A DNA stretch of 40,134 nt from Chrysochromulina tobinii (lineage: Eukaryota). Position 1 is the stretch's first letter. Every line of letters begins with the position of its first letter. The notes below the pieces were generated by a model, which saw only the letters and a program-made list of their open reading frames with translations, did not search any database and was not told where the DNA came from. Shown here piece after piece: positions 1 through 9,266 of the stretch. The translations under genes were made by a program, and so were the position numbers. The stretch is from the NCBI GenBank assembly GCA_001275005.1, contig JWZX01003149.1, positions 1 to 40,134 on the forward strand. Direction: 5' to 3'.

Positions 1-268
1 GCCCGCGCCGCCCGCGCCCGCCGGAAGGCGCGGTACGACCGGCGCGCCGGGTCGACGCGCGCGGTCCGTCTACGCGCGGTCCGCGGCCGCGGGCCCCGAG
101 CCGGGGCGCGGGAACGATCCGCGGACGCGGGCGACCGCCTTTACCGGGTTCCTTTCGGCTTTTGTCGTTTCCCCGCCGCCCGACGTTCCGGCGGGGTTCG
201 AACCGTTACGGCCGCGTTATATCTTATAAACGAAACGTATTAACCTAATTATAACTAAGTCAGTAAGT

Positions 269-1465
269 CTAAGAAGCGGGATGTTTCGGTCGCGAGCGGG
301 GAAGTGGGGCCGCCGCCGCAACCGCACCAGCCCCAGCTGCATGAGCCCGAATCATCCCCGGGCGCATCGGCATCCAAGGCTGGAGCGCACGAAACCACAA
401 CGCACCCATCCGCTGCGCACCGCCCAGCGCCGGGTGTATGCCGTCCTTGACGAGGTGCTCGCAGGTGACGGCTGCGCTCATGTTGACGCATGCGATGCGC
501 GCGGTGGCGCTGCACGAGAGCGTGCTCCACTGCGCGCAGATCGCATACAACTGATGGGCAAGCTCGGCCTCATGGGCGCGGCGTGCACTACGCTGTCTAG
601 CTGCGGCGTCCTCCCCGTCTTTCGTCTTGCGGACGCGGCAGTAAGGAATGGGCGTGGCCAGCACGATGCGCACCTTTGGGCTGGCTGTGCACAGCCACTG
701 CACGATGGTGCTCACGCGCCGTGCGATGGCACCGATGTGCTCTGGCGGCGGTTTGCCGCCGCGGGGGCTCACCAAGCGCTTCGTGAGGTCATTCGTGCCC
801 AAATGCACGAGAGCGACATCAGGCAGCTCACGGGCCGAGGTGAGCCGACGGAGCCATTCGTCAAGGGCACCACGCTGCGGCTGACGCTCATGACCGCGCA
901 GCACCTGCCGCGACGTCCAGCCCCAGTGACCTTCGTGCCGCTGCGCCGCCACGGGCCAGTCGGGAGCATCACGGACGAGCACGCCAGCCGTCGCGTTGCG
1001 CTGCAGCTGCTTATCATAGACGCCGTGCATGGATCCGACCCAGCGCACGCGATGCCCATTTTCCTCAAACAATTGGTGCAAGTGGAAGCGGTACGATCGC
1101 TGCTTCATGCCACCATCGGTGATCGAGTCGCCGAGCGGAAGTAGTGTCACCGCGTTTGGCTTAGCCACATTACCGGCGGCGATTCCCGCCGCCTGTGTTC
1201 GCGCCTTGGAGTGCGATCGCCACACTTGAGCACGTAGCTCGTCAAGAAAAAGACCTGCATACCTGGCCGCCGCCTCTGGCATGCAGTCCGTCAATGTAGT
1301 GGCGTCCGAGATCTCGCAAAGCCACGCTGAGAGCTGCGCGACGGATGCTTGACCAGACGCAAGTCGCTGTGATATCAACGGCAAACTGTTGGCGACAAAC
1401 CTGCCACGTTCAGAGCTGACCTTTCCGCAGCTCAGCGGCAGCGCGTGCACCGTGGGGCTGTGCAT
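269..1465 (-). CDS. SGNH/GDSL-like hydrolase (Lipase_GDSL_2-type esterase)
   Basis: 398-aa ORF with all SGNH blocks: LPLGDSITDG (block I Ser), RHEGHWGW (block II Gly), VHLGTND (block III Asn), DGIHP (block V Asp/His). The true start is uncertain because the 5' end lies in a local duplication. Confidence 0.88.
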   Translation of the reverse strand: MHSPTVHALPLSCGKVSSERGRFVANSLPLISQRLASGQASVAQLSAWLCEISDATTLTDCMPEAAARYAGLFLDELRAQVWRSHSKARTQAAGIAAGNVAKPNAVTLLPLGDSITDGGMKQRSYRFHLHQLFEENGHRVRWVGSMHGVYDKQLQRNATAGVLVRDAPDWPVAAQRHEGHWGWTSRQVLRGHERQPQRGALDEWLRRLTSARELPDVALVHLGTNDLTKRLVSPRGGKPPPEHIGAIARRVSTIVQWLCTASPKVRIVLATPIPYCRVRKTKDGEDAAARQRSARRAHEAELAHQLYAICAQWSTLSCSATARIACVNMSAAVTCEHLVKDGIHPALGGAQRMGALWFRALQPWMPMRPGMIRAHAAGAGAVAAAAPLPRSRPKHPAS

Positions 1466-1517
1466 CGCGCTTCTCGCAGCTCAGCCGCGCGCACCGTGGG
1501 GCTGTGCATCGCGCTTC
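1426..1517. repeat. Imperfect tandem duplication (~45-49 bp x2) spanning the SGNH start codon
   Basis: GCACCGTGGGGCTGTGCATCGCGCTTC is identical at 1447-1473 and 1491-1517, and each copy is preceded by CGCAGCTCAGC (1426, 1475). Confidence 0.85.
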
Positions 1518-1954
1518 CTTGATGCGGCCTTCGCGCCGTTTTGGGCACCTGCGCGAAGAAAAGACTTATGAGTCATGTTTGTTTTCCTATCCCCGAGCAT
1601 ATTACGTGTGTCCGAATTTCGTGCCGGCGCATGGGCACACCAAGTATCGCCCTGTGTGTGCCTTTGCCCCGGCTTCTTGAGCTCTCGAGCTCGTCCGCTG
1701 CTCCGCTCAGACACAAATATGCTGCTGCTCGTACTGCGTTGCTTCTCAGCAGCAGAGAGAGGTGCCGAACGCTCGGCTCGGCGGCGGCCCAGCACGTAGG
1801 CAAGCACAAGAGCACAGAACCTGTTTTGGTAGTCATCTTGTAGTCGTTCTAAGTCGTATGAGATTCCTGCTCGAGCCAGGCCCTTAGAGCCGACGTTGGA
1901 TTGGCGCACGCCGCTTTCGTACAACCGCAAGGCATCCTTCAGCGAACCTCCGCC

Positions 1955-2872
1955 TCAGCCGAGGAGCGAAGCTCCGGCCGCTCTGTCCGTCGGGAAGGGG
2001 GCGTCGGCGCCGCTGCCGCTCCTGCTCGTGCTGCTGCTGCTGCTGCTACTACTCCGCTGCATATCGGCACATGCGCTGAGGAGAAGGAGTGCGTCGACGC
2101 TCGTCGCTTCCGTCTCGACAGGGCCAGCAGCGGCAGCATGCGCTTGCGCTGGTGCTGCAGCCACGGGCACAGCAGCAGTGAAGAAGGGAGTGGGTAGGTG
2201 GTTGGCGGCGTTGGGCGGCATTTGCGAGGTCGCAGCCGCGTGCCACCAGTCAGGAGGTCCGCCCAAGTGGGACGGCAGCGGCTGGCGACGCGACGACGGT
2301 GACGGCAGCGGTGACGACGCCAGGCTGCCCGTTGGTACGAACGTCTGACTGTCGTCATTGCTAGAGGAGTTGCCTGCGTGACACGCCGCAGCGGCGGGCG
2401 CCCAGCCACCACCTACGATGGCGTTGACCTGCTGCTGGAGAGCCTGCATGAGCAGCGCAGCGGCGCCGGGGCCCAGCTGGCCCGCCGCGACCGCCTGCGG
2501 CAGCATAGCGAGGGCTTGCGAAATGGCCACCGCCGGGTCTCGATCTCTGTTGTTGGAGCCGCACATAGCCATCAGTCCGCCCAGGCGCGACATGAGGAGC
2601 GGCAGCGTCGAGACCGTGCCGACGCCGCCCCAACCAGCGGGCGCGTTCTGCCAATCGGACGAGTCCGCTCGATGCTGCGCAGCAGGGGCCAACGACGAGA
2701 CCGTATCGGGAAGCGACGGGTCCTCCGAGGGCATGCGCGCCGCGGCATTCATGCACTCTTGCCATGCAGCCTGCTGCTGCTGCTGCAGGCACTGCTGCGG
2801 CTGCATGTTCGAGGGCGCTGGCCGATGCGCCTGGCGCTGCTGCTCCTCAAATTGGCGCTGCTGCTGCTCCAG

Positions 2873-2921
<49 letters not shown>

Positions 2922-3742
2922 GCTCGGTGCTGCTCGGCACGCAGCAGCGGCGCGAACGCGTGCACCAGGTGCGCGGCGGTGACTGGGTACGCGTGCCCAT
3001 GGGCCGCCTCGGCGGCGGCGAACTGGCGAAGGCCCGGCGGCGGCATCGTCTGCGGGGGTAGCATCGGGCCGCTGTTCTGATGCTGCGCTTGGAAACAAGC
3101 CTGATTTTGCCACGCAGATGCAGGCGCTGACGGGAGCTGCGAGGGCAGGATGATGGGTGTGTCCACCTTCTTCGGCTTGATGAGCGGCTTTCCTAGCGGC
3201 ACACCCTCATTGGGTGGTTGCCGCGCGGTCGGCGATCGCTCTTCACTCTGCATCTGGACTATGAGCCTGCTGTCGCTGAAGTCAGATTCATCTCCTAGCA
3301 GCGACAGCTCGCCGCCCTCATTAGGCTTGAGCAGGCGCTGTCGCCGGTTCTGGAACCAGATTTGCACGGAGCGTGGCGTCATGCCAAGCTCGTTCGAGAG
3401 CGCCTGACGCTTTTCAAAGCTCGGTAGAGGATCGTCATCTGCGACAGAGGCGAGGGTGCAGCAGGCGGCGGTCAGAGCGCGCGCAAGCATGGGCCAGGGC
3501 ACGCGCAGACGGGGAACTCATGGACTGATGAGGTTGGAATGCGGGGCTGGGCAGGAGCGTCGCGCACCAAAGTTTGTGAGTAGCACGTAAAGCTGTTGGC
3601 GTGAGATTTTGCATCGCTTGAATTTGGGGACCTTAAGCTCGCGATCGAGGCGCGCAGTAGTCGCCGCGGCCGTCGTCATCAGCCGAACAAGGCCGTCCCT
3701 CCACTTTTCTTCTGTGATTGTCATCACGCTGAGAAAATGCAT
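1955..3742 (-). CDS. Homeodomain transcription factor (non-TALE, Q50) with poly-Q region; two exons, intron 3439-3567
   Basis: Removing a 129-bp GT..AG intron (TTTG|GTGCGC ... TGTCGCAG|ATGAC) joins KFKRCKISRQQLYVLLTNF to DDDPLPSFEKRQALSNELGMTPRSVQIWFQNRRQR, a complete homeodomain. The start could be the ATG at 3742, 3724 or 3679. Confidence 0.88.
2876..2917 (-). repeat. (CAG)14 trinucleotide repeat encoding poly-Gln in the homeobox gene
   Basis: Uninterrupted (CTG)14 on the + strand, in frame as Q14 on the - strand. Confidence 0.95.
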
Positions 3743-3901
3743 TCTGCGCTTGGAGAAAACAATCTCAAACAGCTCCTGACGGATTTCCCGCCAGAGAAGC
3801 TTCTTCAAGCGAGTTGCATTCGTGGGCTTGATGGGTTTTCGTTCGCTCTTGTTTAGGTACCAGTGAGTTTGCTTGCAAGCTTCTGTACGAGCCCCGCGCA
3901 A

Positions 3902-3938
3902 GCAAGCAAGCAAGCAAGCAGCTTGCTTGCTTGCTTGC
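3902..3938. repeat. Perfect inverted tetranucleotide microsatellite (GCAA)n-A-(GCTT)n
   Basis: 18-nt arm GCAAGCAAGCAAGCAAGC (3902-3919), 1-nt spacer, then its exact reverse complement (3921-3938), upstream of the homeobox start. Confidence 0.85.
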
Positions 3939-4046
3939 CCCGCGCCGCGCCGCGGCATCTCATCTGCACATGACATTTTCTTACGCAACCTGCCGCGCCG
4001 CCACGCACTTTTGTTGCCAGTTAGGTGTAGATTTGTGTAGATACCC

Positions 4047-4431
4047 AAAAGTCAAGTCAACAAGTCACTCTTGTACATAAAATCATAAATGACTTGAAAC
4101 ATGACTTGACTTTTAGTGACTTATTTCTCACCGACATGTGTACTTGTAACTTGAATGTTGTTTGCGTGTAGAATGTTGCTCATTGGTTCGCCCGGAACCC
4201 CATAAAACAGGCCGCAGGCGCCCAGTAGCGGAAACTACATGTACGCCCGCAAGGACCGCGCCACGAAGGACGGGGCGTGTTACGGCGTGCGTCGGCGTCA
4301 ATTGGTCGGCGTCGCAGGTGCGTCGAACATCGGAGCGCGGTGAAGCTGAAGGGGACCTCGAGACGGCCCCTACAAAGTACAAAGCACCACAAGCTACATG
4401 TAGACTTGACTAGCTACATGTAGACTTGACT
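4047..4431. promoter_or_regulatory. AT-richer divergent promoter region (homeobox / GST) with clustered AAGTCA/TGACTT motifs
   Basis: 13-bp inverted repeat AAAAGTCAAGTCA (4047-4059) / TGACTTGACTTTT (4102-4114), and a 20-bp direct tandem repeat AGCTACATGTAGACTTGACT x2 (4392-4431). The regulatory role is inferred from position only. Confidence 0.45.
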
Positions 4432-4514
4432 AAACTTGATAGCGGAACTCAGCGGTACCGGGTAAGTCTTCGTCGCAAACAAATGCGTCCCTGGCATCCA
4501 CTTCCCCGACGCGA

Positions 4515-5279
4515 ATGCGCTTGGCTCTGCTCGCAACCTGTTACAGCACAGTTTGGGCCGGCCTGGTCCCTACGCTTCGATTATGGACGTCGCGCACATG
4601 ACCATACGCGCAGCGCGTAGCCATCAGCCTGCGCGAACATCACCTTCCGCACGACACCGAGACCATCGACCTGCAGAACAAGCCGGAGCACTTCACGGCG
4701 ATGTACGCCATCGCGTGCGCTGACGAGACGATGCGAGCCAAGGTACCCTTGCTCGAGGTGGGCGGCAGCGCACTCATGATCGAGTCTGCAGTCATTTGTG
4801 AATTTCTCGAAGAGCTTGTTCCTGGCGATAACCCGCCAAGTGCTGCTGACAAAGCCACCGCTCGCCTCTTTGCGACGCTCGCCCAGCCGACACTTTCGTT
4901 TGTGCCGATCTTACAGGCTAATATAGGATCGGAGGAGGAGGCGAAGGAGGTGGCGTCGCTCGTCGAGAGGCTGCGTGCTCCTGATCAGTTCCTCATTCGG
5001 TACGCAACTGGCCAAGGTCCTTTTCTGCTCGGCGAGTCGTTCTCGCTCGCCGAGTGCTCCTTGGCGCCCTTCGTGCAGCGCCTCGTCGCCGTGCTACCTG
5101 GGCTGCGCCCACAAATCAACCCGCTGGCGCTTCTTGAAGAGGCGGGTCTTGCTCGCTTGGGCCGCTGGATGCAGGCAGTGACGCAGCGCGAGTCCTGCGT
5201 GGCCACGCTGCCTCCCACGCAAGAGCTGGTCGATTCATACGCGAAGCTCATCGAACGCATGAGGACGGCAGCGGCCTAA
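4515..5279 (+). CDS. Probable selenocysteine-containing glutathione S-transferase (omega/lambda/DHAR-like), 254 aa, Sec29 encoded by TGA 4599-4601
   Basis: Reading from ATG 4515 in the frame of the 4701-5279 ORF gives MRLALLATCYSTVWAGLVPTLRLWTSRT-[TGA]-PYAQRVAISLREHHLPHDTETIDLQNKPEHF, then KVPLLE..IESAVICEFLEE and GPFLLGESFSLAE. The TGA falls at the Cys of the CP[YF]AQR active-site motif. Terminal stop is TAA. The N-terminus looks like a signal peptide. Confidence 0.85.
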
Positions 5280-5432
5280 GCGCCGAGTCGCAGGCACGGC
5301 ATCGGCGCACTTGCCTTGACGCACGCATTGGGGCGCAAATGTCGGCAGCGCGCGTACACGTGCGCGGGCCGGGGGCGGCGCGGGGAGAGGGCCACGGTGT
5401 TCACATCGCTCATCGGATCCGATAACTCTGTC

Positions 5433-5480
5433 ATGATGGTGCAGCGCTCGAGCATCTTGAGCGGCGCTTCGCGCCGGAGA
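5433..5480 (+). promoter_or_regulatory. Candidate SECIS element in the GST 3' UTR
   Basis: A-UGAU (5433-5437) opposite GGAG (5476-5479) forms a tandem GA/AG core. Helix GGUGC/GCGCC plus AGCGCU/GGCGCU (11 bp, 2-nt bulge) closes a 14-nt apical region. It lies upstream of AATAAA at 5542-5547. The canonical apical AA is missing (CG/GA instead). Folded by eye. Confidence 0.55.
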
Positions 5481-5686
5481 AGTGGTGAGCATCCGAATGT
5501 GCGTGCACTGTGTTGCCATTCATGTTTGTGAATCGTGAGTGAATAAATAGCTAACGCTGAAAGACCCTGCACAGCACGATGCGAGAGAAACAAAATCCCC
5601 ATTGCCAAACCACATTTGGCTGTGACGCGCCGTACGTGTCGGAATGTGAAGTTCAACACGAGCCGCTGAGACTGCATCCTATCTGC

Positions 5687-5896
5687 CTAAGACTGCGACA
5701 CCTTGCTGTTCCTGCACAAAATCGCAACGGCCAGCGCAAACACGGCATAGAATGCCACGACGGCAGCGACGACGTGCTGCACCGGAGTGTCGTGGAAGAG
5801 CCAGGCAGCGAAGATGATCGTGCAGCAGATGACCACCAATGCGCCGAAGGGGTCGATGCTGCTCAGGCCCGGATGGGCTGGCCCGCGCTTTGGCAT
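5687..5896 (-). CDS. Small hypothetical membrane protein with two predicted TM helices
   Basis: From ATG 5896, 69 aa with two hydrophobic stretches (FGALVVICCTIIFAAWLF; VVAAVVAFYAVFALAVAILC). The frame stays open to 5962, so an upstream start or exon is possible. No family recognised. Confidence 0.5.
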   Translation of the reverse strand: MPKRGPAHPGLSSIDPFGALVVICCTIIFAAWLFHDTPVQHVVAAVVAFYAVFALAVAILCRNSKVSQS

Positions 5897-6057
5897 GGCG
5901 GCCTTGGTGTCGGGGATGTTCGCGACGATCTCGCGAGCGAGCACAAAGTTTGAGCGCGACACGAGACCACTCGACCGGTACTCTCTACTGTAGTGTGTAA
6001 CCCAAGTTTACATTGGACACTTTCACAAAGGTGTTGAAACCACCCTGGTTCTTCGTG

Positions 6058-7527
6058 TCACTTCTTCTTTCCAGACTTGACCTGACTTGTGGGCGGGCCG
6101 ATCTCCGGTCGCACCTCGGCTCGGATCGCGATGCCATTGGACTTGGACTCCTTGCTTGTCGGCCTGGACACTTTGCTTTTGTTCTCCTTGCCGGCGGCTG
6201 CAGCTGCCGCCGCGTACACGCCGGACTGCTGCAGGTCGTCGGAGGAGATCTCCTCCGCGTCGGCAGCGCGGCGCACTAGCCCGGCAAGAAACGTGTCGGG
6301 CCGCACGCAGCAGTCCTCCATGATCACGCGGCAGCGCTCGGCGCCGTACTGGGCACTGCCCCCACCCTTGCCGCCACTCGTCTTGACGCGGCTGTTCTGC
6401 TCCTGCTGCGCAAGGAGCAGCGTCGCCGCGCCGCCCGCGCCGATCGGGTTGCCTGACACGTCGAGCATTTCGAGGGTGCGGAGAGCGCGTGAGAGTGGTA
6501 GGGCGGCGAGCACTGTAGCTCGATTGTGGTGCAGGCGCAAGTCTACGAGGGTGGGCGGGCTGCTCGCGGGCGCCTTGGCCAGCGCGTCCGCGAGCACCGC
6601 AATGCCCTGATCGCCCAGGCCATTCCAGCCGAGGTTGAGTGCACGCAGGGTCCCGTGCATGGGCAGAACCCCGGCGAGTGTCTTGCCGCCCACAGGCCCA
6701 ATCGCGTTCCATTCGAGGGAGAGGGAGGTGAGCGAGTAGTTCTCGCCGAGTGCTGTGGCGAGCTGCTCCATCCCCTCATCCTCGAGCTCATTGCGCTCAA
6801 TGCAGAGCATACGGAGCTTGCACTTGGCGCCTGCGATCGCCTGTGCGAGCACGCCCAGGCCCTTATTGCCGATCGCATTCGCGGCAAAGTCGAGGCACTC
6901 GAGGGGATGCGAAGAGCGCAGCAGGGTCGCCACGGCCTCTGCGCCATCCACGCCCGCCTGGTTCTGACGCAGCGAGAGCGCGCGCAGCGCCGGCGCTGCC
7001 GTCTGGCGGCCCGTGCGACACAGCGCGGTAACGATGGCGCTGACGCCCTCAGCGCCCAGGCCGTTGTCGCTCAGGTCGAGCGAGCGCACATGAGCGTTGT
7101 CCGCGAGGCTCGGCGCGAGCATCTTGCCGCCACGTGGCCGCAGCCCGTAGTGCGATATCGAGACCTCGATCGCGTGTGAGAGGCATGCACGGTGCCATTG
7201 TGAGCATCGTTGGGCAAGGCCACCCTCGGCGGCGATGGCCGCAGCGTAGGCCACGCAGGACGGCTCGACGCTCTCCGCATTCGACGGGGGCACCGCATCC
7301 AGGTCGTAGTCGTCTTCAAAGTCCGAATCCTCGCCGTCCTTCTTTGGCAGGAGCAGCAACGCATTGAAGGCTTCGGCGTCTGGAGTCACGTAAGGCGTCG
7401 CCAACCGGCTGGCGTGAGCGGAGGCAGCCGAGGGGAAGGCGCTCGGAAACGCTAAATCACGTGTCGGCTCCGGTGCGGAGCGCGCAGAGTCAAGTGGCGG
7501 CGTGGCGGTGTGGCGCAGGTCCGGCAT
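6058..7527 (-). CDS. RNI-like leucine-rich repeat protein (LRRC74-like)
   Basis: About 8 repeats of LxxLxLxxNxLGxxG (e.g. VRSLDLSDNGLGAEG, LTSLSLEWNAIGPVGG, LRALNLGWNGLGDQG). The start of the array (SHYGLRPRGGKMLAPSL) recalls LRRC74. Confidence 0.88.
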   Translation of the reverse strand: MPDLRHTATPPLDSARSAPEPTRDLAFPSAFPSAASAHASRLATPYVTPDAEAFNALLLLPKKDGEDSDFEDDYDLDAVPPSNAESVEPSCVAYAAAIAAEGGLAQRCSQWHRACLSHAIEVSISHYGLRPRGGKMLAPSLADNAHVRSLDLSDNGLGAEGVSAIVTALCRTGRQTAAPALRALSLRQNQAGVDGAEAVATLLRSSHPLECLDFAANAIGNKGLGVLAQAIAGAKCKLRMLCIERNELEDEGMEQLATALGENYSLTSLSLEWNAIGPVGGKTLAGVLPMHGTLRALNLGWNGLGDQGIAVLADALAKAPASSPPTLVDLRLHHNRATVLAALPLSRALRTLEMLDVSGNPIGAGGAATLLLAQQEQNSRVKTSGGKGGGSAQYGAERCRVIMEDCCVRPDTFLAGLVRRAADAEEISSDDLQQSGVYAAAAAAAGKENKSKVSRPTSKESKSNGIAIRAEVRPEIGPPTSQVKSGKKK

Positions 7528-8105
7528 TGCTTGCCGTTATCCGCGGGCACGGACCTTTTCTACTGTGAGGAGGTGCATCTCGTGCATGCAAGTATACATG
7601 TATTGTACCGCAAGCTCCGGCTCACAGCCGTTTCACACAGAGCTGCGTCATGCGTGTGGTTGTTTCGTGTACGAGCTGCTTCAAGAGGTTCAAGTTCAAG
7701 TTCAAGAGGTTCACAAATATGAACACGACACCCAAGACCCCTGTTGCGGACTGGACTCTTGCGTGCATACGGATGCATCTCCACTACCAGCTTGATGGTA
7801 GCTCGATGACCCCTCGGCCCCCCGTACTACAAGGACCCAAATACTATCGAACCGATACGTCTATAATGATTTCTGCTCATTCTTCCGCGCATCGTACGAA
7901 ACTACACTCCCCAGATGCACATACACGCCCACACCTTCGCTTGCTCCTCGCCTGTCGCTGCGTTGCCATGGCCGATCGTGGGAGCAGTGACCTCCGAAAC
8001 TTGACATGAGTTGCCAAACAAAAAAACAAAGTACTGTATCCGGGAGCCCTTGATGAACGTAGACGCGTGCTTCACCGCCTTGACTGTATCCGGATACTCG
8101 TCCCG

Positions 8106-9266
8106 ATGCTGGGCCATGCCACACCTTACAACGCGCACCCTTTCCAAACGCGCATGGATGCTGACGGCGGCGCGCCGTCGCATGCCGCCTCCAGCTACTT
8201 CTCGCTTGTGCTCCGAATTGCCGTCGCCAGTGCAACCACCGTACTTGCCGCCTCATCAGTATTGGCGCTTGTGCGAAGCACAGGGTGGAGTGGTAGCACG
8301 CTCGTGCTCGACTCGCAGAGTGACATTGGGACATGCGCCATGACGACATCCAACCAGCCCAAGGACTGCGAGCGCATCGATTACGGCACGTGCGGTGCCT
8401 CGTGCTGCGGGGCTGAGATCGCAGTGCCCAACATAGACCCACTGGACGCTTACCAGGCGATTGTGAGATTGCTGAGCAGCGGCGGGCCCGATGGGCGGTT
8501 CTACAAGAAGGACAACATCGACGACGAGCAAGGCGAGCTGCCCTTTAGCTTCTCGCCGCCGCTGCCGTGGCGCTTCACTATCAGTGGCAGCCACTCGACA
8601 CCGGGCACTTGGATGAGTCAGGGCAACTGGCGATCAGGCTTCGACGACACGCTGCGCTTCTCTATCGGCGTGGCCGCCGATGGGCAGGCCACACGCATCC
8701 GCATGTTCTCCATGAGCGGCCCGGCCTCGGCCCTCGTCGATTACGGCCAGTCGTACAAGAATCTGGCGCTGCTGTGTTCGGATCTCGGTTGGCCGGCGCC
8801 GACTCCCTCATTTGGATGTGGGCTGGGGCAGGCCGTCGCATGGAAGCCGGAGAACACGATCACGGTCATGCTGCAGAACCGAGACGGCGTCTGCCTCGAT
8901 GCAAAAGAGCGCCACAAGAATGGCGGCGTCGTGCAGACCTGGGACTGCGACCCAACCAATCTCAACCAGCTGTGGAAGCTCGATTCGGATACGGGGCTGG
9001 TCAAGAACGAGGATGGCGTGTGCCTCTCGGACGCGAGCGCAGGCAACTCGCCCGGGCCCGGGCCAGTGGTCACCTGGGCGTGCGATCCCACCCTTAAGAA
9101 TCAGGCGTGGAACTACGATCCGGTGACAGGCCAGCTCAAGGCGCGCCATGGCACGCTTTGCATCGACGCGAGCGATCGGCACACAAATGGCGGCAAGGTG
9201 ATGGCGTGGCCGTGCGACGTGAACAACTCGAACCAGCAGTGGAATCTACGGAAGATTTCGACATGA
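8106..9266 (+). CDS. Membrane-anchored/secreted protein: Cys-containing unknown domain plus C-terminal ricin-B (beta-trefoil) lectin
   Basis: Three QxW repeats (CLD..V.TWDC..NQLW; CLS..VTWAC..NQAW; CID..V.AWPC..NQQW) and an N-terminal hydrophobic anchor (FSLVLRIAVASATTVLAASSVLALV). First in-frame ATG is 8106 (alternative 8154); the ORF track start is GTG. Confidence 0.85.
   Translation: MLGHATPYNAHPFQTRMDADGGAPSHAASSYFSLVLRIAVASATTVLAASSVLALVRSTGWSGSTLVLDSQSDIGTCAMTTSNQPKDCERIDYGTCGASCCGAEIAVPNIDPLDAYQAIVRLLSSGGPDGRFYKKDNIDDEQGELPFSFSPPLPWRFTISGSHSTPGTWMSQGNWRSGFDDTLRFSIGVAADGQATRIRMFSMSGPASALVDYGQSYKNLALLCSDLGWPAPTPSFGCGLGQAVAWKPENTITVMLQNRDGVCLDAKERHKNGGVVQTWDCDPTNLNQLWKLDSDTGLVKNEDGVCLSDASAGNSPGPGPVVTWACDPTLKNQAWNYDPVTGQLKARHGTLCIDASDRHTNGGKVMAWPCDVNNSNQQWNLRKIST

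Noticed and set aside
171..204. Hairpin CCCCGCCG/CGGCGGGG plus GGTTCGAACC B-box-like motif as a tRNA or SINE
   Set aside because: No cloverleaf or A-box found, and such matches are expected by chance in this very GC/CpG-rich tract.
1466..1930. In-frame TGA (1481-1483) upstream of the SGNH ORF as a second selenocysteine/readthrough site
   Set aside because: It is not in a redox motif, it lies within the local duplication, the upstream frame has no recognisable protein features, and no SECIS was seen.
4599..4601. GST as a nonsense pseudogene or product of a TGA=Trp genetic code
   Set aside because: The only interruption hits precisely the catalytic Cys position, and other genes here end in TGA (e.g. 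9264-9266, 35512-35514), so TGA is a normal stop.
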